Shown here piece by piece: positions 21,151 to 31,419 of a stretch of DNA of 64,000 nucleotides. Made by a program: the position numbers and the translations under genes. The notes beneath the pieces were generated by a model. That model had not been told where the DNA came from. It searched no databases and saw nothing but the letters and a program-made list of their open reading frames with translations. The DNA is from Prasinococcaceae sp. CCMP 1430 (Eukaryota; Plantae; Prasinodermophyta), in contig RQSC01000518.1 in assembly GCA_013416795.1 (NCBI GenBank), positions 7,346 to 71,345 on the forward strand, written 5' to 3'. Each line of letters starts with the position of its first letter. Position 1 is the first letter of the stretch.

Positions 21151-21415
21151 CGCCGAGCAGCAGCGATCCGGTGCACACGCTGGTCACCCACCGCGCACCC
21201 GGGACTTGCCGCGCAATGAAGGGCACTGTCGTACCATCGTGCAACGCGTCTGCAACGCCATGTCCGCCGGGGACACAGATGATGTCGGCCTGGGGGCAAT
21301 CGGCAAAGCTGACCGTGGGGACGAGCGCGAGCGGGCAATCGGTCCCGACCGGTGCCGTCGTCGCGGCGGCGATGTGCACCGCCGCTCCGGGCAGGCGCGA
21401 CAAAAACAGGGCGAC
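21140..21415 (-). pseudogene. DJ-1/PfpI (isonitrile hydratase InhA-like) domain fragment in frame with the phosphatase
   Basis: LFLSRLPGAAVHIAA...LVPTVSFADCPQADIICVPGGHGVADAL...FIARQVPGARWVTSVCTGSLLLGAA; the N-terminal third and C-terminal half of the domain are absent. Confidence 0.7.
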
Positions 21416-21848
21416 GGCCGGGCGGGGCGCGGCCGGCCAGCCGCGCGCGCGGGGAGGGGGCGCGGTGTGCCGCCGGACACCTCCCAGGCAAGATTCCCCT
21501 CAGGCGGCACAGATGCCCACAGCCCAGCAAGCAGTCATTGCTGGCCAGGAGGTCAGCCTGCACCGCACCGCCACCAATGCGTTTTGACCTGCATTCGGAT
21601 TCAATGGATTCCACGACATATGGTCGTACTTCACATTGGATTCCAAATCCGATTCGAATGTATTATGATATATTATCTGCTGTTGGATTCCGCGGCTGGC
21701 GCCTCTGCGCGTTCGGAGCGCCGCCTCTGCGCGTTCGAAGCGCTGCGGGTGCTCGCGCGGGCACTCGCCGCCCGCGCGGCGCGGGGCGCTCGACCGACGG
21801 CGCGGCGCGCGCAGGCTCGCGCGGCTCGAGGCCCGGCTGCGTGCCGAG

Positions 21849-23303
21849 ATGCAGGCGCGGGCAGAGGCGGCGGGCGCTGTGGAGAAGGAGGCGCCGCGCG
21901 ACCAGCATGGCGCGCCGGAGGGGGAGGCCAACGCGCGCAGCGGGTGCCCTTCCCTCGCGCACGGAGTGGGAGCCACTGAACGGGACGCAGGGGCCGACTC
22001 GCGGCAGACGGAGTCGGCCCGGAGCCGCGAGCATCAGGACGAAGTGTTGAGGCAAACGACAGAGCACACGAGTGCTCGCAGCGACAGCGGTGCACACGCG
22101 AGCACTTCTGCGGAGGCAGCGCGCGTCGTCGCTCCGGCGCCCACGGTGACATTGGCATCGTGCTGGGTTGACCGCAACCGTGGGAAGTTTGCGTGTCAGC
22201 CCGGCAATGCCGATGACGACGACACAAACGTCAACGAGCTCTTCACACAACCGTTTTCGGTGCTCGCATCCATCTACGAGAACGGCCGGGATGCATACCT
22301 CGGCAGCGGGCGGGCGTTCAAGGCGCGTGGCTTCAAGCGCGCGGCGAGCGCGCTCAAGCGGGCGGGCCACGCAATCACCACACCTGCGCAGGTCGATGAG
22401 TTCTGCGATGCGACCAAGGGAGTGGGCGAGTCCATCCGCGAGCTGATGAAGGAACTTCTGCGCACTGGCACGATGGAGCGCCTGCGTCACCTCAACGAGA
22501 GCCCGGACATCACCGCGGTGCGTGAGCTTCAGAAGGTGTGGGGAATTGGTCCGGGTACGGCGCATCGAATGATTCAGCGCGGGATTCGAACGCTCGCGCA
22601 GCTGCGCAATGCGGTCGCTGGCGAGGACAAGCGCGTGGCGCTCTCGAGACGACAACTCGTCGGGCTAGAGCTCGCCGAGGAGCTCGACACGCGCATGCCA
22701 CGCGATGAGGCGGGCGCCATCGCTGCCACAATCGAGCATGCAGCGCAGGTGCTGTGCCCCGGGGCCACCGCGACGCCATGCGGGTCCTATCGACGCGGTG
22801 CGCCAACGTGTGGGGACGTGGACGTGCTCATCACTCACGCAGACGCGTCGCGCCTACCGGGGCTCCTGGGACGCCTTCTGCAGAAGCTCAGCCGGGAGGG
22901 TTTCCTCACGCATCATCTGATTGTGCCAAAGCTTGCGTCGAGTGCGGACGTGCCGGCAGACGAGATGAGTTTTCCGGTGCGCATGGGAGGCAAACCGTCT
23001 AGGCAGGAGCTCCCGTCCACGTACATGGGCGTGTGCGTGGCAGGAGATAAGTACACCGCGCACCGGCGCGTGGACATCAAGGTATACGCGCCCGACACGT
23101 TGCCATGCGCCGCACTCTATTTTACTGGCTCTGGGCACTTCAATCGTTCCATGCGCCTATTCTGCAAGAGAAAAGGGCTCAAGCTCTCCGACACAGGGCT
23201 TTGGCACAGGGAGAGCGGGCGACAGATCAAGTGCACGAGCGAGGAAGACATTTTCAAGGCCTGTGGCCTCGAGTACGTCGCTCCGCGAGACCGCAGCGTG
23301 TGA
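21849..23303 (+). CDS. POLL: DNA polymerase X family, polymerase lambda-like (5' end/BRCT region unresolved)
   Basis: 8-kDa domain KGVGESI...TG, HhH WGIGPGTA, CGSYRRGAPTCGDVDVLITH, HRRVDIK and YFTGSGHFNRSMR. Confidence 0.9.
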   Translation: MQARAEAAGAVEKEAPRDQHGAPEGEANARSGCPSLAHGVGATERDAGADSRQTESARSREHQDEVLRQTTEHTSARSDSGAHASTSAEAARVVAPAPTVTLASCWVDRNRGKFACQPGNADDDDTNVNELFTQPFSVLASIYENGRDAYLGSGRAFKARGFKRAASALKRAGHAITTPAQVDEFCDATKGVGESIRELMKELLRTGTMERLRHLNESPDITAVRELQKVWGIGPGTAHRMIQRGIRTLAQLRNAVAGEDKRVALSRRQLVGLELAEELDTRMPRDEAGAIAATIEHAAQVLCPGATATPCGSYRRGAPTCGDVDVLITHADASRLPGLLGRLLQKLSREGFLTHHLIVPKLASSADVPADEMSFPVRMGGKPSRQELPSTYMGVCVAGDKYTAHRRVDIKVYAPDTLPCAALYFTGSGHFNRSMRLFCKRKGLKLSDTGLWHRESGRQIKCTSEEDIFKACGLEYVAPRDRSV

Positions 23304-23385
23304 GCGCGAGCGAGTAAAGCGCAAGCCTTCCTCTAGTACGTATTATGAATGTCTGCGGGGGAGTTGCGCCACCACGGCGCGCGTG

Positions 23386-24533
23386 TCAGTGCGCTGCTTG
23401 CCTTTCGAGCGCCTCATCTCTCACTCGGGCGAGCCGAGCGAGCACCTCGGCGTCCACATGCGGCTCGAAGCCGTCGACGGTCGCACTGGCCTCGCAAGTG
23501 ACGCCGTCGACGCCGCCGGCGTCGACCACTGCCTGCAGCATTGCGGCGCTCTGCTCCGCCGTAGGCAGTAGCGACGGCACCGTCCGACCGGCCGCTCGCG
23601 CACCGACCTCGATGGCTGCTGCGAGCGCGTACGCAGTCCAGTTGCTCGTGTCGCCGACGAGGCACTCGTCTGAGGCCACCTCGCAGGGTTTCTCTGGCAG
23701 ACGCTGCAACTCCTGGTCGGAGGCAGCTGCGCTCGAGCGCAATGCGCGCACTGCGTCCGCTACGTTTCCCATCCCGCACTCGTTCCCGCCGTCCCCCACC
23801 GCGAGGAGCAGGCAGCCACGGTATTGCTCGTAGGCCTCCGAGGCCGTGGCGACGAGCTCCCTCTGCCTGTGCACAGCGTCGAAGATGGCGTCGGCACGCG
23901 CAGTGACGTCTCCGAGGTCCTCGCCGCGACAGCTGAGGTATTTCCCATCGCCGTTGCGCCCGCATCGCTCCACCGACGCGCACAGCGTGGGCCGCACGTC
24001 GGCGAGCAGCCGCTCGGCGAACGCCGTGTCCGATGCCGCGCTTGTTCCCATCGGGAAGCGCAGCACGTCGGCGCTGCTGCCGACGACAGCCTGCAACACG
24101 CCAGCGGTGGCGTCGTCGGCGACGTACGTGACTGTGTGACGCTCGCGCGCGGGGGCGCGGGAGGCGCAATGTACTCTGGGCGTCAGCGACATGTTAGGTG
24201 GGCACGCTCCGTGTCCGCAGCGTGAGGAAGGGGGAGGGAGGACAGGGGCGGGGTGGCAAGAGGCGGGGCGGGGCGCGCACCATCGAAGCCGACAGCCGTC
24301 AGCGCTTTGCCCAGCGTAGCTGCTCCCGGCGGCCCGTCCGTCTCCGCCGCGCGCGCCTTTCGCACGTAGAAGCCACTGAGCAACAAGCAGCGCCCGCGCG
24401 GCTGCTCGAGCACTCTCCGCGCCGCGCGGCTGACGTAACCTGCGGGCGGTGCGCCCGCCGCGACGAGCTGCCGCATGCCCCGCTCCCCGCGCCGCAGCAG
24501 CTCCGCCTCGAACGGCGGCGCGCCAGCCAGCAT
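23386..24533 (-). CDS. DUF4392 / D-glutamate cyclase C-terminal-domain protein
   Basis: RGMRQL, LLSGFYV...AETDGPPGA, AVGDGGNECGMG, TSNWTAYALAAA and GGVDGVT...TVDG; intron 24132-24280. Confidence 0.8.
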
Positions 24534-24882
24534 GGCGCGCGTGCTCCACGCGACGCCCCGGCGGGCGGCGGTGTGCCACCGCGCCGCGCCGCGCCGCGCC
24601 CCTCCCCCCTCCCTCCCCGCGTCCCGTCCCATCCACTCCACACCAGGCGCCCACACCACGCCACGCCACAGCCGCCAGCAGCGCGCGGAGGGAGGGAGGG
24701 AGGGTGGGTGGGTGGGCTCGCGCCGAGGCCGCGCGCCTCGCCCCCGCCCAGGACAGCATTCACCCACGGGAGAGTCACACCACGCGCTTTGAGGTTAACA
24801 TCCAACCCAAACACCCTCCACGCAACTCACATCCATCAAATGAGCTGAGGAACGCAGCACAAACCCTGAATGGCCTCGCCGG

Positions 24883-27453
24883 GTGGGATTGATGGATTTT
24901 CGCCCCGTCATGGTATCGTCTCGCGCACGCGGTGCGAAGAGGGAGGCCGACAGGGAGTCATATGGTGCGCGGGGGGCGTTACCTCCTCCCCCCCCCCCCC
25001 CCCCCCCCCCCCCCTTCCTCCTCCTCCTTCACTCCTTCCGTCGGGGGGCTGATTGGGGTCCTCTGTGCCCGGGGCGGAGGTACGGTGGCGGGCGGCGGCG
25101 GCGGCGCGCGCGCGCGACTGCGGCGGCGCTGGCCGCCGCGCTGTGCTGCGCGGTGCGGTGCGCGGCGGCGGCACCGCTGCGCATCACGCTCGCGATGCAG
25201 CTGGAGGACATGGAACGGCAGACTGCGGCGTGTGCGAATGGCATCGACGCGGCGGAGGCGACTGAGCTGCTGCGGGACGATCTGGTGCCCGCAGCAGTGG
25301 AGTACCTCGAGTCGGTTTTGGATGTCCGCGAGCCAGTGCCCGAGGGCACGCCGCTGCACATCCAGTACTCCTGCCGGACGGTCGCCAGCACTGGGGATTG
25401 CATCGACTGGAGCGCGACTCCCGCGCCCGGGGCGAAGTGCTTCGCGGCCACGTATGACACCGCCCACTTTCCTGAACGGACGACTTACAGACTCCTCGAC
25501 AACGGTCAGCTCGGAGCAGAGCCCAGAGTCGAGCCAGGCGGGCCGGGCTTGTACAACACAGACATCGTTGTGTACGTGACGGCGCGCGACACGGGCATAT
25601 GCGGCGGTTCCATCGCGCAGGCGGGCATGTGCGCGCAAGATCCCGTTACCGACCGGCCCGTGGCGGGCAACATCAACTTCTGCCCGTGCGAGCTCAAAAC
25701 GCGCTCTATGGTCGATGCGGGTGAGGGTGGCATGCACTCCGGCGTATGGGCAGAGGAGCGCAGGTTGCAGGTGGGCACCACAGTGCACGAGCTGGTGCAC
25801 GTGCTGGGCATCAGTGCGAACCTTTTCCCGTACTGGCGCGATGCAAACAATGGGGGTGCGCCGCGCGTCGAGCGAAATGCGTTCGGCCAGCCCCTGGAAA
25901 ATGACGCTGCGGCGCTCTCCACGCTTGGACGCGTCGAAGTCAGAGACTCAGTGCCCGTGCTGCGCTCACTCGCAACACCCGCGCTGGTCGCTGCAGCGCG
26001 TGCGCAGACGTCGTGTGCCGAGGTGACCGAGGTTGAATTAGAAGACGAGGGAGGGGCGGGGAGCGCGCTTTCACACTTCGAAATGAAACACTACTACGGC
26101 GAGCTCATGACCGCGCAAGGCGATCGCGTTCAGCTGCTCACCGGCATGAGCGCGGGCGCTCTCGAAGACAGCGGCTGGTACGTGGTCGATGATGCGGTCA
26201 AGGAGGCGAAGATGAATTATGGCCTCGGGGCGGGGTGCGCACTTTTTGAGGACAGCCTATGCAACCAGCCGACGCACTTCCCCGAGTTTCTGTGCGACTC
26301 TTCCACCCTCGACTTTGACTTCGACGTGCCACAAGACCTCGTGAATGCTGCGCAACGACCATCGCCGGGGCACAAGATGTCTAGGTTTGCGTGCACTCCT
26401 GACGGCCTCGCTGTGGGCGTGTGCGGGGAGGGGAATCAAGAGGGTTTCCTGGGTGGCTGCAGGCGCGTCGTCGAGTACAGCAACTGGTTTTGCCCGCACG
26501 CGCAGGGCATGGGCAAGATGTGGGGTGAGTCTTACGGGGCTGACAGTCGCTGCTTCGAGAGCACGCTGTGGCTCAAGGTAGACAGGCAGAAAATGACTGT
26601 TTCGAGCAACGTAGCTCCGCTAGGAGCGGGCTGTTTTCGCAGGCGCTGCGACGCAGAAGGCAACCTGGATGTCCTCATCAACGGCGCGTGGCAGCGATGC
26701 GCCTCGGATGGTCAGGAGCTACGTGACCCCGGCTTTGAGGGGGGCTACGTGCGCTGCCCTTCCGACGTAGCGGCGTACTGTGCGCATAGCGTGTGTCCCG
26801 ACGAGTGCCACCTGAATGGCGCGTGCGTCAGCGGCGCATGCGAGTGCTATCCTGGCTATGGTGGCGTGAACTGCGCGACTTCTTTCCACGGGGAGCCGTC
26901 AAGCCCGCCGCCGCCAGCAAAACCGCCGGCGCCGGGCGGCCGTTCTGTCGGCGATGGGGGTGACGATGGTGCGGACGAGACGTCTGACGGCATTCTGCCG
27001 TTCATCAGGGACAATCTTGTGCTCATTCTCGCTTTCAGCGGTGGTTTGCTCTTGCTGATAGCATGCTGGTATACGTACACCCACTGCAGGCACGCGCGCA
27101 CGGCGCTCCGCATGGCGAATGCGGAAGCCCGCGTGCGCATGGATGCGGCTGACAGGGACATTGACGGTGCACCCTGGCATACCTGGGCGACCGCATTCCA
27201 GCCAGCGGCGCCTGACGCGGTGCCGGCGCGGACGCACGCGCAGGTACAGCTTCAGCCTCTCGCCTCGCTCCAGCGGCAACACCAACAGCGGGAAACCATG
27301 CAGCAGGCCAACGGCTTCGGTGCGGGCGGTGTGCGAGTTGGCAACGGGGGGCCTCCTGCCTCGACCACATTCAACAATGCTGTGTTCGTGTCGGCCACGT
27401 CCGCGGAGCGTGCCATCGCTGCTCAGATCGAGGCGATGGCGCGCTATCGTTGA
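24883..27453 (+). CDS. Leishmanolysin/GP63-like metalloprotease (M8) with EGF-like domain and C-terminal TM helix
   Basis: HELVH zinc motif, EDEGGAGSALSHFE, ELMT Met-turn, Cys-rich region, CHLNGACVSGACECYPGYGGVNC, TM LVLILAFSGGLLLLIACWY; the true start is unclear near a poly-C tract; TGTAA at 27483. Confidence 0.88.
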   Translation: MGLMDFRPVMVSSRARGAKREADRESYGARGALPPPPPPPPPPPFLLLLHSFRRGADWGPLCPGRRYGGGRRRRRARATAAALAAALCCAVRCAAAAPLRITLAMQLEDMERQTAACANGIDAAEATELLRDDLVPAAVEYLESVLDVREPVPEGTPLHIQYSCRTVASTGDCIDWSATPAPGAKCFAATYDTAHFPERTTYRLLDNGQLGAEPRVEPGGPGLYNTDIVVYVTARDTGICGGSIAQAGMCAQDPVTDRPVAGNINFCPCELKTRSMVDAGEGGMHSGVWAEERRLQVGTTVHELVHVLGISANLFPYWRDANNGGAPRVERNAFGQPLENDAAALSTLGRVEVRDSVPVLRSLATPALVAAARAQTSCAEVTEVELEDEGGAGSALSHFEMKHYYGELMTAQGDRVQLLTGMSAGALEDSGWYVVDDAVKEAKMNYGLGAGCALFEDSLCNQPTHFPEFLCDSSTLDFDFDVPQDLVNAAQRPSPGHKMSRFACTPDGLAVGVCGEGNQEGFLGGCRRVVEYSNWFCPHAQGMGKMWGESYGADSRCFESTLWLKVDRQKMTVSSNVAPLGAGCFRRRCDAEGNLDVLINGAWQRCASDGQELRDPGFEGGYVRCPSDVAAYCAHSVCPDECHLNGACVSGACECYPGYGGVNCATSFHGEPSSPPPPAKPPAPGGRSVGDGGDDGADETSDGILPFIRDNLVLILAFSGGLLLLIACWYTYTHCRHARTALRMANAEARVRMDAADRDIDGAPWHTWATAFQPAAPDAVPARTHAQVQLQPLASLQRQHQQRETMQQANGFGAGGVRVGNGGPPASTTFNNAVFVSATSAERAIAAQIEAMARYR

Positions 27454-27519
27454 ACAGCCCCCGGTGCAATCCCGGCTGATTATGTAATTATGGCATTCAT
27501 AACACCTCACGCAGCGTCG

Positions 27520-28850
27520 CTAGGGCCCACCGCCGCGCGGCCCGCGCAGCTCACTCGCCCCTGTGATGAGCTCGCACAGCGCGTGGCTGAGCACGCGCCC
27601 GCCCTCGATCAGGTCGTCAATTTTTGCCGACTCGTCCGGGGTGTGCGAACGCCCTCCCTCGCACCGCACGAAAACCATGGCGGTGTCCAGTCCCGCGGCG
27701 TGCGCGTAGCTTGCGTCGTGAAGGGCGCCCGAGAGAAGCACCGGAGCTTCGAGCGACAGCTCCTCCGCAGCACGTTCCACCGCTGCGCGCGCACTGCCGT
27801 CGAAGGCGCAGGCCGTGTCCTCCGAAAGGGAGGAAAGGGAGCCCACGCTGCCGCCGACCAGCGCTCCTCCGAGCGCCCCCGTCAGCGCCTCGAGGCGAAC
27901 TGCGAGAGCGTCACACACCTCGTCGCTGGGGCACCGCAGGTCCACGCTGAACGTAACGCTCTCTGGAACCACGCTTGAAGAGTTCGGGGACACGTGCCAC
28001 CTGCCGATGGTGAAGCGCACGAGCTCCTCGCGGTCCTCCGTCGCATCGTACATCGCGTGGGCAATGCGCACCGCGGCGTGCATCGCATCGCGGCGGTCGA
28101 CGCGGCGCGTGTTGCCTGTGTGCGCCACCTCGCCGCGCACGCGGACCTCCAACGCCCGCCGCGCAGCGATGCCGCTCACGACGCCCACCGGCTTGCTTTC
28201 GGTCTCGAGGATGGGGCCCTGCTCGATGTGTGCCTCGAGGTAGTGCGTGTACGCGCGCGCCCCCGCGGCACGCGCGCCAAGCGGCCGTGCGTGCACGCCG
28301 CCGAGCTTGAGCTCGGCGGCGTGCGCGTCGACGGCCTCGCCGTATGTGATCCCCCCAAGGCTGGCCGAACGCAGCGTCGCGCGCAACGTCGCGGCGTTCG
28401 AGGGCGCGGCCCACGCACGGCTGCCGAGCGTGCCCACGCCAAACGCCGAGCTCTCTTCGGCGGCGAAGTCGACGACGCCGACGCCCCCGCCGGCGCTCAC
28501 GTTGGCTGTGCGCATGGCCTCGACGGCACCCAGCGCGGCGAGGACGCCATACACGCCGTCGTAGCGGCCGCCAGTGGGCTGGCTGTCGAGATGGGATCCG
28601 AGGAGCACAGCCGGACCATCAGCGACAACGGCGTCGCACTCCGCCTCAGATGACTCAAGGAAGAGGTTGCCCGCCTCGTCGAGCGCAGGAGCGAGGCCTG
28701 CGCTGCCGTCTTCCGCCCAGCGAGCGAGCGCCACACGCGCGGCCGCGTGGCTCGCACCGAGCGCCGTGCGGTCGACGCCGGCGGCGCCGCCACGCTCGTA
28801 CCGCCCGTGACGCGCGAGCTCGCCCAGCCGAGCGGGCGGGCGGGCACCCG
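27520..28850 (-). CDS. M20 Zn-dependent amidohydrolase (N-carbamoyl-amino acid hydrolase / beta-ureidopropionase-like)
   Basis: GSHLDSQPTGGRYDGVYGV, EESSAFG, YLEAHIEQGPILE, SGALHDA and SHTPDE; start codon not resolved. Confidence 0.85.
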
Positions 28851-29165
28851 GGAGGGTGGGTGGGAGGGCGGGTGGACGGTCGGTCGGACTGGCGGGCGGG
28901 CGGGCGGGCAGGCACGCGGCGCGCGTGCTGCGTGGGGCGTGGCTTGTGGGCTCGGTCTGTGGGGTGCGCACATTGTCATGCTAGGCTGCCCACGGCGCCC
29001 CCGACTTCCGAGGCGCACGCCTAGCTCTATCTCGCTACTGTAGAGACCCACAGTATGTAGGTTAGTTTCTGTTGGCCCTTTTTTATTTTATTTTTTTGCC
29101 GAGAAGAAAACAATGAAAAGCTGCCTTACAGGACAGTCGAGGCGCAGGAAGGCTCAGAGAGATCT

Positions 29166-30430
29166 TCACACGCCGAGGGTGTCTCCGCCGTCACCCTGGC
29201 CATCCCCCGCGCTGCCGCCGTCGCCCTCCTCTTCATCATCGTCTTCGATGTCGTCACGGCGCTCTGCACCGAAGCGCTCGCGCAATTGTTTGGACGGGAT
29301 GTACGAGCCGTCGCTCTGCATGCCCAAGAAGAGGAGATAAGTGTACGGGTGCGCAAACTCATCCACATCGCTGTCAGCTGCAGTGAGGTTCTCCTGCGGC
29401 ACGTACGCGATGGAGTACTGGCCGCTGGACATCTCGACGAGCACGTGATAGAATGGCTGGCTTGTCCCGTTCTGGAGCTCGTCGATCCCTACCTCGTTGC
29501 GCCATTCAGCACTCTCGCAGCATTCCCTGTCGAAGCCGCAGATGAGGCCGCGGTACCCTTCGTTCTTGTGCACGATCTGGCGCGCGCGTGAGGGGTGCAG
29601 GCGCGGGCAACATCGAAGCGAGCAGTCAGCACCTGCGTGGATTTCAAGGTGCACAAGCGCCAGTGGTATGTTGTGCGATCAAGTGGTGCTACGCGACGCA
29701 CCTTCTGCCCGAGAAACAGATCCACCGACGCCTGCACACTCCGCCTGACAGCGGCAGCTGCCTCCGAGGCGAAGCTCGCCGCCTCGAGCTTGGCGAGCTC
29801 GTCGCGCACGCGAGCCGCCGCGGGATAGTCCTCAGCCTCAATAGCCCGCTGCAGCTCGGAGCGCAGCATGAGGCCGCGCGCGACGGGATCGACTGCCTCC
29901 TCTTGCTGCTGCTTCTGGCCGGCCTGCAGGCCGCCGTTGGGCGACTCGCCCGCCGCGTTTGCGCGTTTGGTGGTCTCGGTCTCCTGGAGGAGCTGCTCGA
30001 TTTCCTCGAGGTTCTGCGAGCGCGGTGCAGTTTGGGCCACGCGCGCGCGAGCAGGCGGGGTGGAGCGAGGGATACGCTTCAGGTCAGCGTACGCTCGATC
30101 CATGGCTCGCTCGAGAGAGCCGCGGGCGCAAGGGCGTGCACGCACCTGTTGGATGAGCTGCACGGCCTCTTGGCTCTGCATGGTGATGGCACGTTGCAGC
30201 TGAGTGCTGAGGTCCAACTTCATCAGGAAGAGCACCACCTCCTGGTTGATGGTACTGCTCGCCTCACGCAGCGCTGTGGACGCTGCGCGGCACGCGGCAC
30301 GCCGCGCCGTGCGGCGGAAGCCGACGCGCTCCGCGCGAGGCTCAGCATGGCCGGCAACGCCATCACGCGCGAGGGCGGCGGCGAGCGCGCACGCGAGCGC
30401 GACCACCGCGCACGCGGCGCGCGGCGCCAT
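29166..30430 (-). CDS. CLPF: Chloroplast Clp protease adaptor ClpF (UVR plus YccV-like domains)
   Basis: NQEVVLFLMKLDLSTQLQRAI (ClpF N-terminal motif), LRSELQRAIEAEDYPAAARVRDEL (UVR), LGQKV|HKNEGYRGLICGFD...QPFYHVLV...YVPQENL (YccV); multi-exon. Confidence 0.8.
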
Positions 30431-31000
30431 GGGGTCGTTCGTGCGCCGCTCGCCGCGTGTGGCGCCAGGCGAGAGCACGTGCGTGACGTGCGTGTGTGTC
30501 TGTGTGCGTGTGTGTGTGCGCGCGTGTGTAACTGTGTGGGTGTTCGAAACGGTGTTCGAAATCCGGCAATGCACATTTCACGCGCGCCTCCCGCCCCGCG
30601 CCACACGCCGCACAGCTCCGCCGCCGCGCGCGCTCTGTGGCGCCCCTGCCCCCTCCCGCACACACGCGCTCACGCGCGCAGGGGCAGAGGACTCCTCCGC
30701 ACCACGAACGAAGCTCAATCAAGCTCGCGTGAGCAAGAGCCCTCCCGGGCAGTTCCTGGCCAGCCAGCAGGAGCAGCCACGGCTGCCGCCGACAGGCATC
30801 GCGATGCACGAGGGTTTGTGGCGGGTCCCGGCCTCCCTCACCCCATCCATCGCCGTCCATCACTTTCCTTCGTCGTCGTCGTCCCTGGCCGCCTCCTGCC
30901 CCCGGACAGACCCACGACCACGGTTGGGGCTCGCCACCCCACCGACCGCCCGACCTGTCGGCGGATGGTTTTCCCGGTGATGCTCGGCGCAGGGGCGCGG

Positions 31001-31047
31001 TTGGGCGGTTGGTTGGCGCGCGTCGCCGCCGCGAACCAACCGCCCAA
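31001..31047. repeat. 14-bp perfect inverted repeat in a divergent promoter
   Basis: TTGGGCGGTTGGTT (31001-31014) and AACCAACCGCCCAA (31034-31047). Confidence 0.85.
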
Positions 31048-31419
31048 TTGGCGGGAGCGCACCGCGCGGGCGCTTGCTCGCGCGAGCCGGGACCACACAG
31101 TCTCGATCTCGAATCGCGCAGAGGGTGTGTGTGTGCGCGCATGTATGCGCATGTGCATGTGCAGCAGTGCAACGCACACGAGCGTGGGACTGCGTGGTGC
31201 GGCGCGGACTGCGGAATTGGCGCCGGTCGTCGGTGGCGGTGCTGCGGGGGGCAAGACCCAGGGACGGCACGTGGGGAAGACGGCGGGCGGGCGCCACACG
31301 CGCGCAGGGGCGCGCACTGTGCCCCCCCCCCCCCCCTTCGAGGGCAGTGCCACTGCGAGCCTGAGCTGTCGTAAAGGAGCGGGCGCCAGAGCGCCGTGCG
31401 CGTTCCCTCGCGGCGAGGG

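Noticed and set aside
21500-21535. In-frame TGA upstream of the DJ-1 fragment (CAA*GESC) as possible selenocysteine
   Set aside because: No homology to the DJ-1 N-terminus on either side and no SECIS seen downstream of the gene.
22400-22460. Pol lambda lacks the lysine equivalent to the mammalian dRP-lyase nucleophile
   Set aside because: From memory, plant Pol lambda also varies at this position; not distinctive without an alignment.
24987-25014. Long poly-C run (and poly-G at about 58868-58898) as G-quadruplex elements
   Set aside because: Homopolymer runs recur throughout the window and their length is unreliable in assemblies.
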